A stretch of DNA of 64,000 nt from Hyphochytrium catenoides (taxonomy: Eukaryota > Protista > Hyphochytriomycota): contig FLMG01000355.1 of NCBI GenBank assembly GCA_900088475.1, positions 326,275 through 390,274 on the forward strand, given 5' to 3'. The notes below the pieces were generated by a model. That model did not search any database, was not told the origin of the DNA, and worked only from the letters and a program-made list of their open reading frames with translations. The position numbers were made by a program, and so were the translations under genes. Every line of letters begins with the position of its first letter. Position 1 is the first letter of the stretch. Positions 36,719 through 49,423 of the stretch are shown here, in pieces.

Positions 36719-38755
36719 ATGTTAAAAGTAGAGACAATATCTGCCTCTTTCTACACAGAAAAGCCAGGATTCAAGAGCCTTTTTGCGTCGTCATCAAAGG
36801 AACGGCAGGACGGACTGCATCCTCCAGTCCAGACTATCGTCTCAGATCTTTGGCGTGAGGCCATGATGAATAGCAGGGCTGTCTACCCTCTTGCTTCTTC
36901 TTACAATGGAGGACGAGAAGAACGACACATTACCCCCAAAGATCAGCTGCGCCAACAGCAGGAAGTGTTATCGAGACGAGAAAGGACCCAGCTCGGCCTA
37001 AGGATGTTGCTTGACTTCATGTTTCTCCTCTTCGCCAGCATCCTCCTGGCCTCGCTCTACTTGGGCATCTACACAGCCCTAGTCATTCACTTCCCCCAAC
37101 CCGTGACAGTGAGCTACTGCACCGATATATGTCCACCTTCGGACTGCGTGGGCGTCTTTCCTTACCCGACACCATGTGCCCTGTCGTACAGCTTCGGTGG
37201 GTACCTGTATGGAACTATCTTCAATGTCCCAGGCTGCTCCTGCGGAGTTTTGTTTGTCTATGCGGAGACCTTTGGTGTCAAGAGGTGGAGATCAAAGAAC
37301 CGGGATCATAGGACCATGATGAGAAGAAAAGTAGCGGGAGTCTTGACTCTTACAGGACTCTCTCTTTCTCTCTACACGGTCCAAGTCTTTCTTCTTTCCA
37401 ACTTCCACTTTTCTACCCAGCAGACTTTCTACTTTCTGGTGATGCTCTGGGTCTTCTTTGACCGTAGACTCAAAGACTTCATCCTTCCTTTCATAGCTAA
37501 GCTTCTTCCTAACTTGACGGCCGTTGCCTGTTTAGAGTTCGTCTTTCCAACCACTCTGTTTACCGAACTCTCCATTTCTCAGCGGAAAAATGTCTTTGTG
37601 AGCTTTCTTCTGCCTTCTATCTTCTTCCTTCTTTCCTTTATAACAAAGCAGTGTCTGAAGCAGCTGTTGGCAGTCCATGGGGAGGAGCTCTCCTCTGACT
37701 CTATTCTCTTCTCCATGTACGTGGTGTACCAGATGTTGCAGCTCACTGCCAGCATCAGTCGGGGGACCGACACGTTAGCAGTGATCATTGCCTCCACTGT
37801 CTCCTCCTGCGCGGGCTATATTCTCACCGTGGTATGGAACCTGTGGAGATTGGCCAAGGTCACTAGCGAGGAGCAGAGCAAGATCAGTGGGCGTCACCAA
37901 TCTCTCAACTTCTGGACCTTCTTCTGGTCTGGCCTAAACGGAAGGCCAACAGGGACGGCAGAAAGAGTCAGAGCGAGAAGAATTAGCACCCATACAAGCG
38001 ATCAACTAGCAGTTATTCAAGGGACATCGCATGAAGCACCACTGGCGGTGAGCGCGCCAGCGTCAGATACACGACATGACTTTGAGAAAGCTCAGCAAGA
38101 GCAGCCAAAACTACTGGGAGAGAATGGGGGAAGTGGCAAGAGAGATCCTTGTGCAGCTTCAGAAAGGTCTGCACATGCTGGCAAGGGCCGAGAGGTGCCA
38201 GGAACAGAAAGAGGGAAGGGTCGTCCGCAGGCATTTTCGCCTGTACGCCCCTTAGCTCTGCTAACACAGGGGGAGAAGAGCTTAACGAGGCCATCGCTTG
38301 ACCCTTCCGGACATAGTGAACAGAGAAAAGATGAGATAGAGCCAACCGCCATGGAAATATCGGTGTTCAACTCCACCATATTATGGAAACGTATGGCAAT
38401 CAGTATGACTGTGGCGATGGTCTCTGGGGTTGGGGCCCTAACTTCTGTCATACTCTATAGCAACTTCTTCCACTCTACAATCATCACCTCTTCCCCTTGC
38501 TTTGAACCCAAGGCGTCATTCTACACAGCGCTCCGAGTTCGGAGTCAGCATTTCTTTGTGGTGCTGATAGTTGTGGCACTGATGATGGTCTTCATCTCTA
38601 TTCTAGAGATGATGCAGCTCGGCATCCTGAAGAGTTGGCAGCGTGATCGATTGAATATCATACGCACAGCGCTCATTCTACTACTCTGTTATGGACCCTA
38701 CTTCTTGTCCTGGGTTCTCTATAGCATGATAGTCAATAAGGTGAGCGGATGCTAA
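36719..38755 (+). CDS. Uncharacterised multipass membrane protein (intronless; true start possibly 36863)
   Basis: 678-aa ORF with roughly 10-12 hydrophobic segments, a Cys-rich loop (YCTDICPPSDC..PTPC) after the first TM, and a long hydrophilic loop before the last three TMs. Confidence 0.8.
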   Translation: MLKVETISASFYTEKPGFKSLFASSSKERQDGLHPPVQTIVSDLWREAMMNSRAVYPLASSYNGGREERHITPKDQLRQQQEVLSRRERTQLGLRMLLDFMFLLFASILLASLYLGIYTALVIHFPQPVTVSYCTDICPPSDCVGVFPYPTPCALSYSFGGYLYGTIFNVPGCSCGVLFVYAETFGVKRWRSKNRDHRTMMRRKVAGVLTLTGLSLSLYTVQVFLLSNFHFSTQQTFYFLVMLWVFFDRRLKDFILPFIAKLLPNLTAVACLEFVFPTTLFTELSISQRKNVFVSFLLPSIFFLLSFITKQCLKQLLAVHGEELSSDSILFSMYVVYQMLQLTASISRGTDTLAVIIASTVSSCAGYILTVVWNLWRLAKVTSEEQSKISGRHQSLNFWTFFWSGLNGRPTGTAERVRARRISTHTSDQLAVIQGTSHEAPLAVSAPASDTRHDFEKAQQEQPKLLGENGGSGKRDPCAASERSAHAGKGREVPGTERGKGRPQAFSPVRPLALLTQGEKSLTRPSLDPSGHSEQRKDEIEPTAMEISVFNSTILWKRMAISMTVAMVSGVGALTSVILYSNFFHSTIITSSPCFEPKASFYTALRVRSQHFFVVLIVVALMMVFISILEMMQLGILKSWQRDRLNIIRTALILLLCYGPYFLSWVLYSMIVNKVSGC

Positions 38756-39714
38756 TCGCTTTGAATGAAGACGGGCATAGCGTGAGCGTGAGGTTCACAG
38801 CTTCAGAAGCAATGCATCTTCTTCCGGAAGTCCAAAAGGCAAGATGAACGGTGAGGTAGGAAGGAGCACACAGCAGATAGAGACGGATGAATGCACAAGT
38901 TTTAAAACCTCCCATATTCACTAATTTGACATATGACTTTCAACGTTGGCCATAGCGTTTCACCTTACTAGCTACGTAGCTCTCTCAGCAAGCGGAACAC
39001 GCTAGGTAATGAAACTATGCTGACAGCCTCTATGAAGAAGGTGGTGGGCTCGGTGCACACCCTGACATTGTTGTCAGAGCACTCCGCAGAAGGGGATACG
39101 TGGGGATTGATGTGCGCAACATCAAGAACTACTAGCATCAGCCGCAGGAGGATATATAGCGTCAAGAAGCGCCAGTGGCATAGTCGCTGTTCGAACTCTG
39201 GACTCAAGAGACACTGTCCAGATCCTGGTAGCCAGCTTCCATTAGCAGCCAAGAACGAAAGGACTGCAGTAAGCTAGACTTCCGGAAGACGTCTCCTGTT
39301 GCGTCGAAAACTCCGACAAATGTAGCGTCTTATTAGGTCTGTCCCCAGCTCAAAAGTGAATGATGGTCTTATTTATTAGATGGAAAGGCTTACCAGCGGC
39401 CAAGGTGTACGGGTGGAGATGGATGCGGACAAAAGCGCGTTCTCTTCTTCCCATCATTTGGCCCTTCTCATTGCTACATCTATATTATGCAGCTTCGTTC
39501 TAGGGTCTGTTGACACTCCATCACGCTCAAATCTAGTTCGCTCTGGATAGGTGCATCATGGATGGCAGAATGGAATCACTGATGGTGATTTTTCGTTAAA
39601 TAGCGTTAGTGAATGTATAGAAAGATCAACAAAAAGCAGAGGAGAACGGGAACAGAAGACGACACGCTTCAGAGAACAGTGGTCCACTCTCCTACTTTCA
39701 CCATGAGAGGGAGG

Positions 39715-42700
39715 TCACAGGATTGTCTCTGCAGCTAAATCGGAAGGAGAGGACGATGAAGTTGCTTCTTTCGAGTTCGGGTTTGCCTCTGTTCTGCTCA
39801 ATCCTGCCACCTCCAGAACTGAAGAAGGATTCTGTAAAGGTCCACGGCTTCTGTGGCTCTTAGAGCTCAAAGGCTCTCGCGGACTGTCTCGCGACCCTCT
39901 TTTTCTAGACGTAGATGAGGCCGAAGGCTTGAGAGCTCTTCTAAGAAGCTCCATATCTTCACTGCTCTCGCGCCTTCCACGGGTTTGCCTTTCNNNNNNN
40001 NNNNNNNNNNNNNNCCTCCTTGTTCTTGAGGTTCTATGGGATCATCTGAAGGAGCGGATTGCCTCTTCTGTTCTGGCAGCTCTACCTGCTCACTCCTCGA
40101 CAAATGAACTGCATCCCTTCTTATCTGCGACTCGATAGCTCCTTTGTATATGTCGGGTGGCAGCACCTTGCTTTCCAGGAGCAATCTTTCAAGGTTGTCC
40201 AGAGCAACTGCGCTCAACCCGGAAGACAGTGAAGAAGTCAAGAAAGAACCAGGTGATGCCCGCGCCATCAATTCTGCCCGAAGCTCTCTCCAGTCCTTCC
40301 TGAGAAACTGGACAGTGGCTGGATGCTGGAAGAGGAGCGTCACCGACTGATGGTGGACTGTGGCCATATAAGCGCTGTTGAGCGCTTGAAAGGAAGAGAG
40401 AGCGGAGAAGAGCAGCGCAAGCAAACGGTGAAGGGTGACTTCTGCGTCTGGACTCTCCAGAAAGATTAGCACATTCCGCAGCATGGATAACCCTTGATTT
40501 CCTACCAGACGCTTACGGCCGTCGTCCTCACTTCGCTCTGGTCTTGATCTTAGAGCCCCATCAACGTAGGAAAGAGCTTCCCAGATGACGTCTCTAGGGG
40601 TTGCGACAAGGATGTTCACAACTCTCTCCCTTGGCGTAGCCTCATTAGGACGTACCAGGCTGGATAAAACCTTCAGAAACCAGAGGGGATCCTCTCGCAG
40701 CGCTTGAAGACAACCAGCACGATAGACAGCCACTGTAATTGGAGACAAGGCTGCCTGCCAAGTAGCTTTTTGTATTCCTTGGCTCTCAGAGGTACCAGGA
40801 TTTCCGCTTGCAATCAACTCGAAGGAACCGCCAGCCATCAGTTGAACCCAAGCTGTCATGAGTGCCGCAGGCGAGCCCTGGTACTGCAAATGACAGTACA
40901 ATCTACAGATGAAGAAGTTCAAATACCCATACTGGCTTTCTTCAGGTTCTGACGGAAGGTTCCAGTCCTCGCATTCACTTGCATGCCGCTTCAGCCATGG
41001 TTCCAATGACGGAAGCCAGAGCTGATTGGGCCTTCGAGAAGAAGGCCAATAACTTAAAAGCGGCTGTATGACTGAGCTCTCGACCAATCGAGATCTTTCT
41101 CGTACCTTCCCGCCACTGCATAGTGCGGCCCACCACTGCTCTTCTCCTGTGTTGGCCTTCGTACGGCTAAGGAGATAAGCCTCCGTCCCTTTTGCTTCAT
41201 CTTGGTGTTCCTCGTCGCTTCCCAAACCTTCCTCAAATCTGTGTGCAATTGCTTCAATCAATGTGTGACTCCTCACTCTAGCCATCAGCACCTCATAAGC
41301 ATTTTTTGCTTGCTCTCTGCTCCTAGCTGTAAGAGCCGGAAAAAGTGCTTCCGCGCAGAGCAAGCTCGCTAGACGAGGAATAATTAGCAGGTGATCCAGC
41401 TCCACATTCTCCTCATTCAGGAGCAGGAAGTCCACGTACACGATCAATAGGGACCTTGACTCCGTTTGCGCCGGAATCTTAGACAAAAAGGAGGAAGTAA
41501 ATATTAGACTCCAGCTGTGACCGCGAGCTGCCATTCGCAGTAGCTTCAATAAACTCGAAGCTTTCTCTATAAAAGTTGGGTTCAAGGAAGAAGAGAGAGA
41601 AGGTGCAAGAACTGTCATCTGTTGCAGTACTTCTGCTATCATCTCGGCGTCCAAGAGGTCGTTATACTTCTCAAGTAACAATAGAAAGTCCTCTACCACT
41701 CCCGAATGAAGAGAGGGGAAGCCTAAGAGGAGAACCAGGGTCAGGTGACGGAGATCAGGTACTTTTCCTTCATCTGGCTGTAGCAAATAAAGCTTCAAGG
41801 CTGTCTCCAGCCTTAGCAAGGAAGGTCTTTTCTCTCCTACTTGGCCCAGAGAGCCTATGAAAGTAGGGTGATGAGCCAGAGCTGTTCCACTTGAGAACGC
41901 AAGTTTATCCTCGGGCAAAGAGGTGTCTGATCCCAGGCCAAGAAGCTGGAGAAGGGAGTGGGGAGGCGGGTACAGTAACGAGCCCAATGGTTTCCAACTC
42001 GATCGTTGTTCGCTGTAAAGTCGGTTTACGGTCTTTATAACACGCCTCCGGTCTCCAGCGCTGTACATTGTAGGTAAAGAGAAGAAGTATTCTCTCAGCA
42101 GTGCTACGACAGCTTCGGCTACTGGCATTGTCTTCGGCGAGCGCGTCTGGGAGCTTTCAGTACTTAGATTCCCGTCATGGCTGCACCCATAGAGCTCTTC
42201 CAGCTCCTCTCTAGTCATTGAGCATATCTTGAGAACCAGCTGCCGCCCATTGCCATCACTCTCTTCAAACTCGGGCTCTTCCACATATAGCTCGTCAGCA
42301 GTTCTTCCACCTTGTCCTCTATGGCCAGCTGCTCGCGTTCCACTGCTGTTTAGTGCCAACCGCGAATCAAATCGTCCGTCCACCTCCAAACCGGCGGCTT
42401 CAAACTCTCGGAAAAGTTTCTTCTCAACCTCCGGTGGACAGAATGCCGACATCCGTAAAGTCTTTGACAAAAGGAGGAGCAGTGCGGGGACGTCTTGTGG
42501 TAGATGTGAGGGGATGAAGGGAGACATGGGGCTAGTGCGCAGTGATGAGGGAGAGGATAGAAAAGGCGTTTCCCATTTGGCACTCTTGAGCCATTGCCGG
42601 ATAACCGCTGGTGCTGTCTGGCTTAGAACTGGAAAGGTTATAGGTGAGCAGGAACAAAGAACGAGCCAGAGCTTCACGAGATAAGAAACTGAAGGCCCTT

Positions 42701-44700
42701 GTCTGCTATCCTGATACTTGGTTGTCATGGGGGTTTCATTGCCCCTAAAGATAAGAGTGAACAAGAGGCAGAGCTCGTCTGCGAAAGAGACGCTGTGTTC
42801 TTCACCGAGAGAGCCCCGCGAGGACCTTTGAATCGTAAGGAAAAAAGAGACAAGTTGACAGGTAACGGCAGCGAGGGCAGAAGTACAAGGATATCCAGCC
42901 TCTTTCCTGCCTCTCGTACCCATCCTGCAGAGAAGATGGCAGAGCATACCCTTGCAAAGCTCCCTTCGAGACTGAATAATCGAGGAGTTCGCCACCAGAT
43001 ACGGGGCCATGAGAGCCTTCAGCTGTTCCAAACAGGTTTCTGCTTTGCTCTGTCGCTCTCCCTGATCATAAAGGCTGACAATTGTTGTCTCTATCTGGAT
43101 AGAAAGGACAGAGAGAAGAAAGCGACAGCAAGGAAGAACCTTTGCCTGGGGTCCAGTGGCGCTCCCTAGCTGAAGAAGAATAGCACCTAACTTAGCTTGC
43201 AAGGAAAGTATGTCCTCTCTCTCCTCATGCCCACGAGCAGTTGTTAGGAGCCCTAATGTCTCCACAAGAACTTCGGATAGCTCGTCCTCTCCCTCTTCCT
43301 TTTCCTGACTGCTATGTTCCGTCCTAAGCAGCTCGCTCACACGTCGAAGCAATCCCAATACGTAGGCTTCCCTGCCTTCAAGCAATGGAGAGGAAGGAGA
43401 TCTGGACGAGAGGAGCGTCCGGTTGACCACAGAAAGGGCTCGACTTAGAACCTGAACAGCGCTACCGGCAAAAGGCCGTCTTGTGCCTAAATGACAACAG
43501 GTGTGCGATTTACCGTTATCTACGAAGTTTTTTGTCTCATCTGAAGCCAGGATAAGGACAGGACGGAGAAAGGAGAGGATTGGAAAAGGCAGAGGGAAAG
43601 AACGAAGAGGGATGCCAACATCTTATGTCTATACCTCTGTTAGGACTTGCCGAGGGAGAGGTACTGCGGCTTGTTCTGCCTTCAGTGTTTGCCCCAGTCT
43701 TCCTGCCCGAGCAGCTCCGCAGCAGATCTCCAAACCTGCGGAGCGGCCCGTCATTTTCCCTTGTCCTCAGCCTGCGGTCCAGCTCTTCATTCCCTCCTAG
43801 GAGCACCCAGCCTGCTCCGCTCTCTTGAATGAGAAGAAGGAGGTTCTGACCGCGTCCTACCTCTGCTTTTCCTCTTTCCTCATCTTTCTTCCGCCTGGAA
43901 GGCGCGAGGGTGTTATCGGTCGATGCGACCCCGCTCTCCAGCGCCCACTGACAGGCACAAGGCACTGACATATCTCTCATCTTTGCTTGGTGGACCTGCC
44001 ACAGCTCAAGAAGCGTGCTCAAAGTCGACCGCAAGGCTTGCACCCTTTCTCTATCTTCCAGGCCAACCACTCCGCCTTCTTGAAGCTTGGGAGTCAATCT
44101 ACAGATGGAGAGAAAGAAGCTCTTTGTGGCCGCGGAGAAGTAGACGTCCTCTCCTTCTATCCGACGAGAGTCGCCCTTTCCCCCGAGAAGAGCTTGCGAT
44201 ACCAGATCTAATCCAGGGCCAAGCCACTTATGTCGCACCAGCAGGCCGAGAGAGAGTTTTTTCTCTCTTTTGTCCCTCTCCAATCGGTCCAATTCTGCCC
44301 CCAGCACCACCATCAGACTTTGGCAGCTCAGTTCGCCAGTCTGAAGGAGTCCGCCCCACTCTTCCTCTTCAACGGAGAGGATCAATCGAAGCAGTAGTTG
44401 CTTATCATGACTGGGGTCCAGGGACCTGAGGATGCTCTCCAATGAGCGGCAGAACACCTCAACAAGGACATCAGGGCTTCTGCCCCTTAGAGGCAAACCT
44501 TCCGAGCTTGGCAGTGGCGGAGCAAGTTCGTTAGCAAGGCGCTGGCGCCGCGTAAGGACCTGACTAACAGCAAATTCTTTGAGAACTGGGAACCGCTTGA
44601 GAGCCGCTGTAAGCCCTGTCCCTGCGTTGTGAGCCTCCTTACCACTGCCATCGAACTGTTGATTGACGGCACGGCGCACCAGTTGGTAGGCCCCTTCCAT
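39715..44700 (-). CDS. Large (~1600 aa) Leu-rich, probably alpha-solenoid, uncharacterised protein
   Basis: ORFs 44700-43537 and 43430-39867 join through one GT-AG intron (~43619-43488; GIDIRC|TRRPFAGSAVQ). The frame after the 21-N gap (39994-40014) is uncertain, so the stop is 39867 or 39715. Confidence 0.75.
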
Positions 44701-44963
44701 ACTGTGGAGACTTCGTTATGGCATCATCTGCTGCTTGTCAGACCCCAGACAAAGCGAGGGAGATGATGGACCAAGCCGCTGGTCTTCTCTACATCTGACC
44801 CAGCGGGCAAACAGCGGGCTTGACTTACGCTTACGCTGTCCGCTTACCAGGAAACCTCACTGTCTTACTCACTGTCCACCTCGCTGCCATGACAGGAACC
44901 TGGTTCGTCCTCCGCTCATCCAGTGATGTGTATCTTTCATCGTGGGCTGTCGCTCGCTCTCAG

Positions 44964-45001
<38 letters not shown>

Positions 45002-45090
45002 NNNNNNNNNNNNNNNNNNNNNNNNNNNNNNNNNNNNNNNNNNNNNNNNNNNNNNNNCTCTCTCTCTTTCTCTCTCTCTCTCTCTCCGTC
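44964..45090. repeat. (CT)n microsatellite containing an assembly gap (N 45002-45057)
   Basis: Directly visible CT dinucleotide tract. Confidence 0.95.
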
Positions 45091-45576
45091 TCTTTTTATC
45101 TTCACGCTCGCATTTTCTCTTTCTCACGGATTTTGAAGAAGTTTGAAGCTTGATGGACCTTTGAGGCTTAGGTTTAGGGAGTCTGACCTCTCTCTATCAA
45201 TCTACACCTCTGAAAGGCGGCATATTATCAGGTAAGACGCCCCCCAGGAGCCTCGTGCAGATGTTTCTGTCTGGCAGGAAGAGCGAGATCAGAAGCACGG
45301 AAATGATGAGGAAGCAGGGAGACAGAGGAGGAAGGAGAGAGAGAGAGAGAGAAGCGCCGCGAGAGGAGAGAAACGATGTCTTCATCGGCTGCGCTGGAGA
45401 GCTAAAGCCTCCGAGAGGGCAACAGAATGGGATCGAAGTGCCGCTGTCAGGTGCGCGCAACTCTGGGCCAAGGCAAGACACTTGAGAGACAGAAGGACCA
45501 GGACTGAGGGGAAGACACAGGATGAGCTAGAGACAAAGGTAGAGGCACTCAAGAGTGTATCTGTTCATCACTTAGT

Positions 45577-48500
45577 ATGAAGCTTCCTAAAGAGGAAATC
45601 ATCGCGGCAGTAGAGCAGGTAACGGAGGCAGTAGATCTCCTTCTGGCCCCACAGATTGACAACTCTTTTGACCTGTTCGATATTTCCCTGTCTCTTGGCC
45701 GGACTCTTTCTCTGCCTTCTATAGTCCCTTCTCTGACGCATGAGGAAGGCTTGATAAGTCCTAGTGTCCGCTGCTCTAAGCTTGACTTTGTCTCAACCTA
45801 TTTTCACCCGACCTTATCTGTCTCCCTGCTCCCTCTGCCCTCTCTCTCTCACACACTCTCTCTCCTCTTCTTCTCCTCTTCTTCTCTCTTCTTTTCTTCC
45901 TCCTCACTTATTGTTCGCCTCTGTGTATTAACTCAAGACTCTACGTGCGCTAAGTTTACTTCACTCAGTCTCCTTTGTTGATCTGCCGTGATAATGTCGC
46001 TGTCCTCCACATCCCGCCCCATCTCCGTCTTACACCTTTTACTAATCATCTCTGTTTCTCGCCCCCCCTTTCTCTCTCTCTTCTCTGTCTCCGCTTCTTT
46101 GCCCTTCATGCCCTCACCGACTCAGCATGGGCCCTCTGTCACGCCCTCCAAAATCTGTCTCGCGACTGGTTTGCCCCTCAGTGAGGTTGAATATGGTAGG
46201 TAGTCAACCCTCCAGCCCTAGGCATGATCCTTCAATGGTTCTCCCTGTCTCTCCTCATGATTCTCCAGCCCAGGGCCATTACCTCCTCTCTTGTCTCTTC
46301 TGCTTACACGCAGCTCTCCGGTCAGTCTCATCCTTCCAAACCCTCTTGTCCATACCTTGGGAGCTCATCGTCCATTTGAGACTCACTCCACACATTTTCT
46401 TGGCCGTAGAGCTCGCTATCCTTTTGAAAGAAGCTGGAGGACACTTAGAGGTAGAGAGGTTCCGCCCTGTCCCTCTGCCATCCCAAGCCCTTTCTATCAC
46501 CTCTCTTCTCGCTGTCTTCCTTGTGGACTATTAATCGTTGATTTCATACTCTGATTAGTTCTTAGCGTCTGCCCTTGTATATAACGCTCTCTAACATGTA
46601 TGCAGATGACGCTGGAGGACGGTAGAGACAATGTCCTGTATATCTATCCCGCTCATCTTCGGCTCGCCCTTCAGTCCAGAAGCTGGCTTTTCAGGCTCCG
46701 TGCAGTCCTGGAGAGGTGAGGATCATTGCTGCTCTTGGCTCCATTAGATGAGTGGAGCTGTTGCTTCTGGATATCGTAACGACGATCCTACTACTCTTTC
46801 TTCGACTCCTTATCGCTAGCTCGCTGTTTTGCTCTCTCGGGTTCCGTGCTATGCGATGTGGTCAACGAGCAGAAGAGTTGAGCCCCTCAATCGCTCTTCT
46901 TAATAGGATTCTTGGCAGCCTCTACTACACGCTGCGGCTATCATTCGGCCTATTTCTTCTGGTCTCCCTCCTTATCGTCCTGGTGGCAGTGATTGTCGTC
47001 CTTGTTCTAGCGAGCAGCAGAAGGAGTGGCGGTTCCGATGTGGGAGGAGCAGCAATCAGAGCTGTGGGCGGACACCGGACTGACGCTATGTCAAGAGTAT
47101 GTCATGGACCACTTTCGATTTCTAGTCACAGTTAAAGTGCCGTGACGGCTTGTCCCTCCCTCAGGGATTGTCGGCACAAGTCTTCTCGTTCTTCTTTCTA
47201 TCTCTCTTTCGGTATACCTACTTCTAATCTGTCTCTCATCGCACGTGTGTAGTTCCTATGTGATAGTTTGTACATCTTGTGGCATTTCGAGCACAACCCT
47301 TTCTTCGCCGTCCAAGCGGCCCCTCCGCTCCCCGTCCGAAGACGTAGAATGGCGCAGAGAGGTCCAGGAGTTGTGCAAAGAGAGTTTACCCAGCATAGAG
47401 AGACCCAGGGAGAGGAGGTAAGCCCAGGAGCTTTAGGAAACCTCGTTCCGGTAACTGCTACCTTTTCTCTGTCTCTCCACCTCTCGGCCTTGACCCTTAT
47501 GTTCTTGTTCATAAGCTCCTGGGCTATATATCTTTTCTCTTCCTCATCCAATAACGCATTCTTCCTTCGTTCTGCCATCAAGCTTGTTGGCTTTCATGCG
47601 CAGGAAAACGTCGAAGACCCACGCTCCGAGGAAGAGGCTGAAGATAGAGAAATGAACTTTCTTGAGGCAATTTTCTCATTCTTATTTGGTGATGGCCATC
47701 CCGGACCCTCGGAGGTAATGTATCTGCCTTTCTCTCCCACTGCTTCCCTTGTCCTGCCCATCCCCGAAGCTTTTCTCTCTCTTCTGAGCTTTGTTGACCC
47801 TTCTTGCGCACCTCCTCATTCGCTGCGAAGCCTTAAGTTTCTACCGTGAGGCCGTCAACTCTCACTCTGCTGGAAAACAGAGCTCCGGCTGGGTCTTTCT
47901 CTTGCTCTAAGCATTGTCCGATTTGTAGAACGAGAGGTGGCGACAGATAGGGACCATCATTCGGAGATATGATGGCGCGCTCCCAGCCGAGGCTGTCTTG
48001 CCTTTCTTAGAGACGCCTGCTCTTACGGAGGTACCCTCTATCCCTACTTGTCTTACTCTTTGCCCTACATGAGCGGTCCAGTCCATTCTATCGTTAGACT
48101 CGCCAGCGTCTGACTTTTATTCGTCCATAGGCTTTGCTCGTGGGCTTGGGCTTCACATTCTAAGCTTTGCTTTTTGATTAGGAGGAGAGGCATCAGGAGC
48201 TTTACATGATCCCTATTCTTGCCAGATTCAGAGGGGTTCCTGTGGGCGAGCCAACCGGAAAGATGGTTTACTTCTTCCGCGACTTTAGCTCCGCATCATC
48301 TCCGGATAGAATAGCCCTTGTGGACAGAGAAGATAGTGAAGCAAGCTCCCAAGGAGCGGAAGAGCGAAAAGAGACGGTAGACGATATTGCCATCACTAGC
48401 CTTGGCTGTTTCTATAAGGAAAATCGCTGGAATTTCAGTCTTAGCACATCGGCGCAGCAGCAGTATAGCGGTAACTGGAGCTTTCTCTTCGCTTGATAGC

Positions 48501-49324
48501 CGTCAGTCTTTCTTTCCCATATCTCGAACTCTCCGCGAAGGACACTTGATCCTTCTAGATGTTCCTCTCTTGCTCTTTTCTTGACTTCCTATCCCTTCTT
48601 CTGTCTCTCTTACCGCCGTCCTCACAGTATTTCTTGGAGTCGTTAACCTGCTGGGGATTGTCTGGCTTAAGGGAGAAGGAGTCAGAGCTCTCTCTCGGCA
48701 GCTCCCCTTCCTATTCGCGGGGAATGTCGTTCTCTATTTGCTGAACGTTCTTTTGGGCTTTGCTCTCCTTTATCTCATCATTCCCGCTCTCAGGTACGAC
48801 ACGTGGAGAGGAGAGCGTATGTCAGCGGTCAAAAGCTAAATGCCCCATGTCTTGTTCACTTATCCCCTTGCCTATAGATATGGATTGTATGGCTTAATGA
48901 ACAAGGGAGTTGACCAGAGGAACATTCAGAGGATGGTAGGGGCCCTGCCTCTCATTTTCCAGATGCTCTCTTGGGCTTAGCAATGCAATTTTGCTTAAAT
49001 CCTCGTGATAGTCCTGCCCCTTCCAAATATCTTAGATGTATTCTACGTCTTTACGTTAGTGCACATCCTAACAAGTCACCTCCCATAGACATATGCCAAG
49101 CTCTTAGAGGAGGAGCTTATGGACGAAGCGTCTTCGACTTCGGTACATAGACTCTAACCTCCATCCCAACATTGTTTTTTTCTAACCTTTGTTCCCTTGT
49201 TGTCCCCTCTCTATCTTTGCATCACGCCTGCTGGCCCTGTTCCTACTCTGTACGGTGATGGTGATAACAGGTCAAGCTCGCCTACGCACAGAAGTATCTT
49301 AAAGACCAAGTGCCAAGGACCTAG
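45577..49324 (+). CDS. At5g03900-like / cyanobacterial-type conserved membrane protein (multi-exon)
   Basis: Spliced protein: MKLPKEEIIAAVEQHGPSVT..ATGLPLSEVEYELAILLKEAGGHLE..VLYIYP; LRLSFGLFLLVS; MNFLEAIFSFLFGDGHP; ERWRQIGTIIRRYDGAL.AE...PFL; YMIPILARFRGVP...GKMVYFF; ENRWNFS; LGVVNLLG; KLAYAQ. Motif order matches this family as recalled. Confidence 0.8.
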
Positions 49325-49423
49325 GTAGATGCTAGATGGGGCAGACCCAAAAGATAAACCTATGTGGCCCGACAACCATGTAACGCAGGGGCCAACAGTA
49401 GAACAATAAGACCTGCTGGTCCA

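Noticed and set aside
39867-40014. Apparent frameshift or alternative C-terminus of the large protein
   Set aside because: Coincides with an N gap of uncertain length, so it is an assembly ambiguity and not evidence of recoding.
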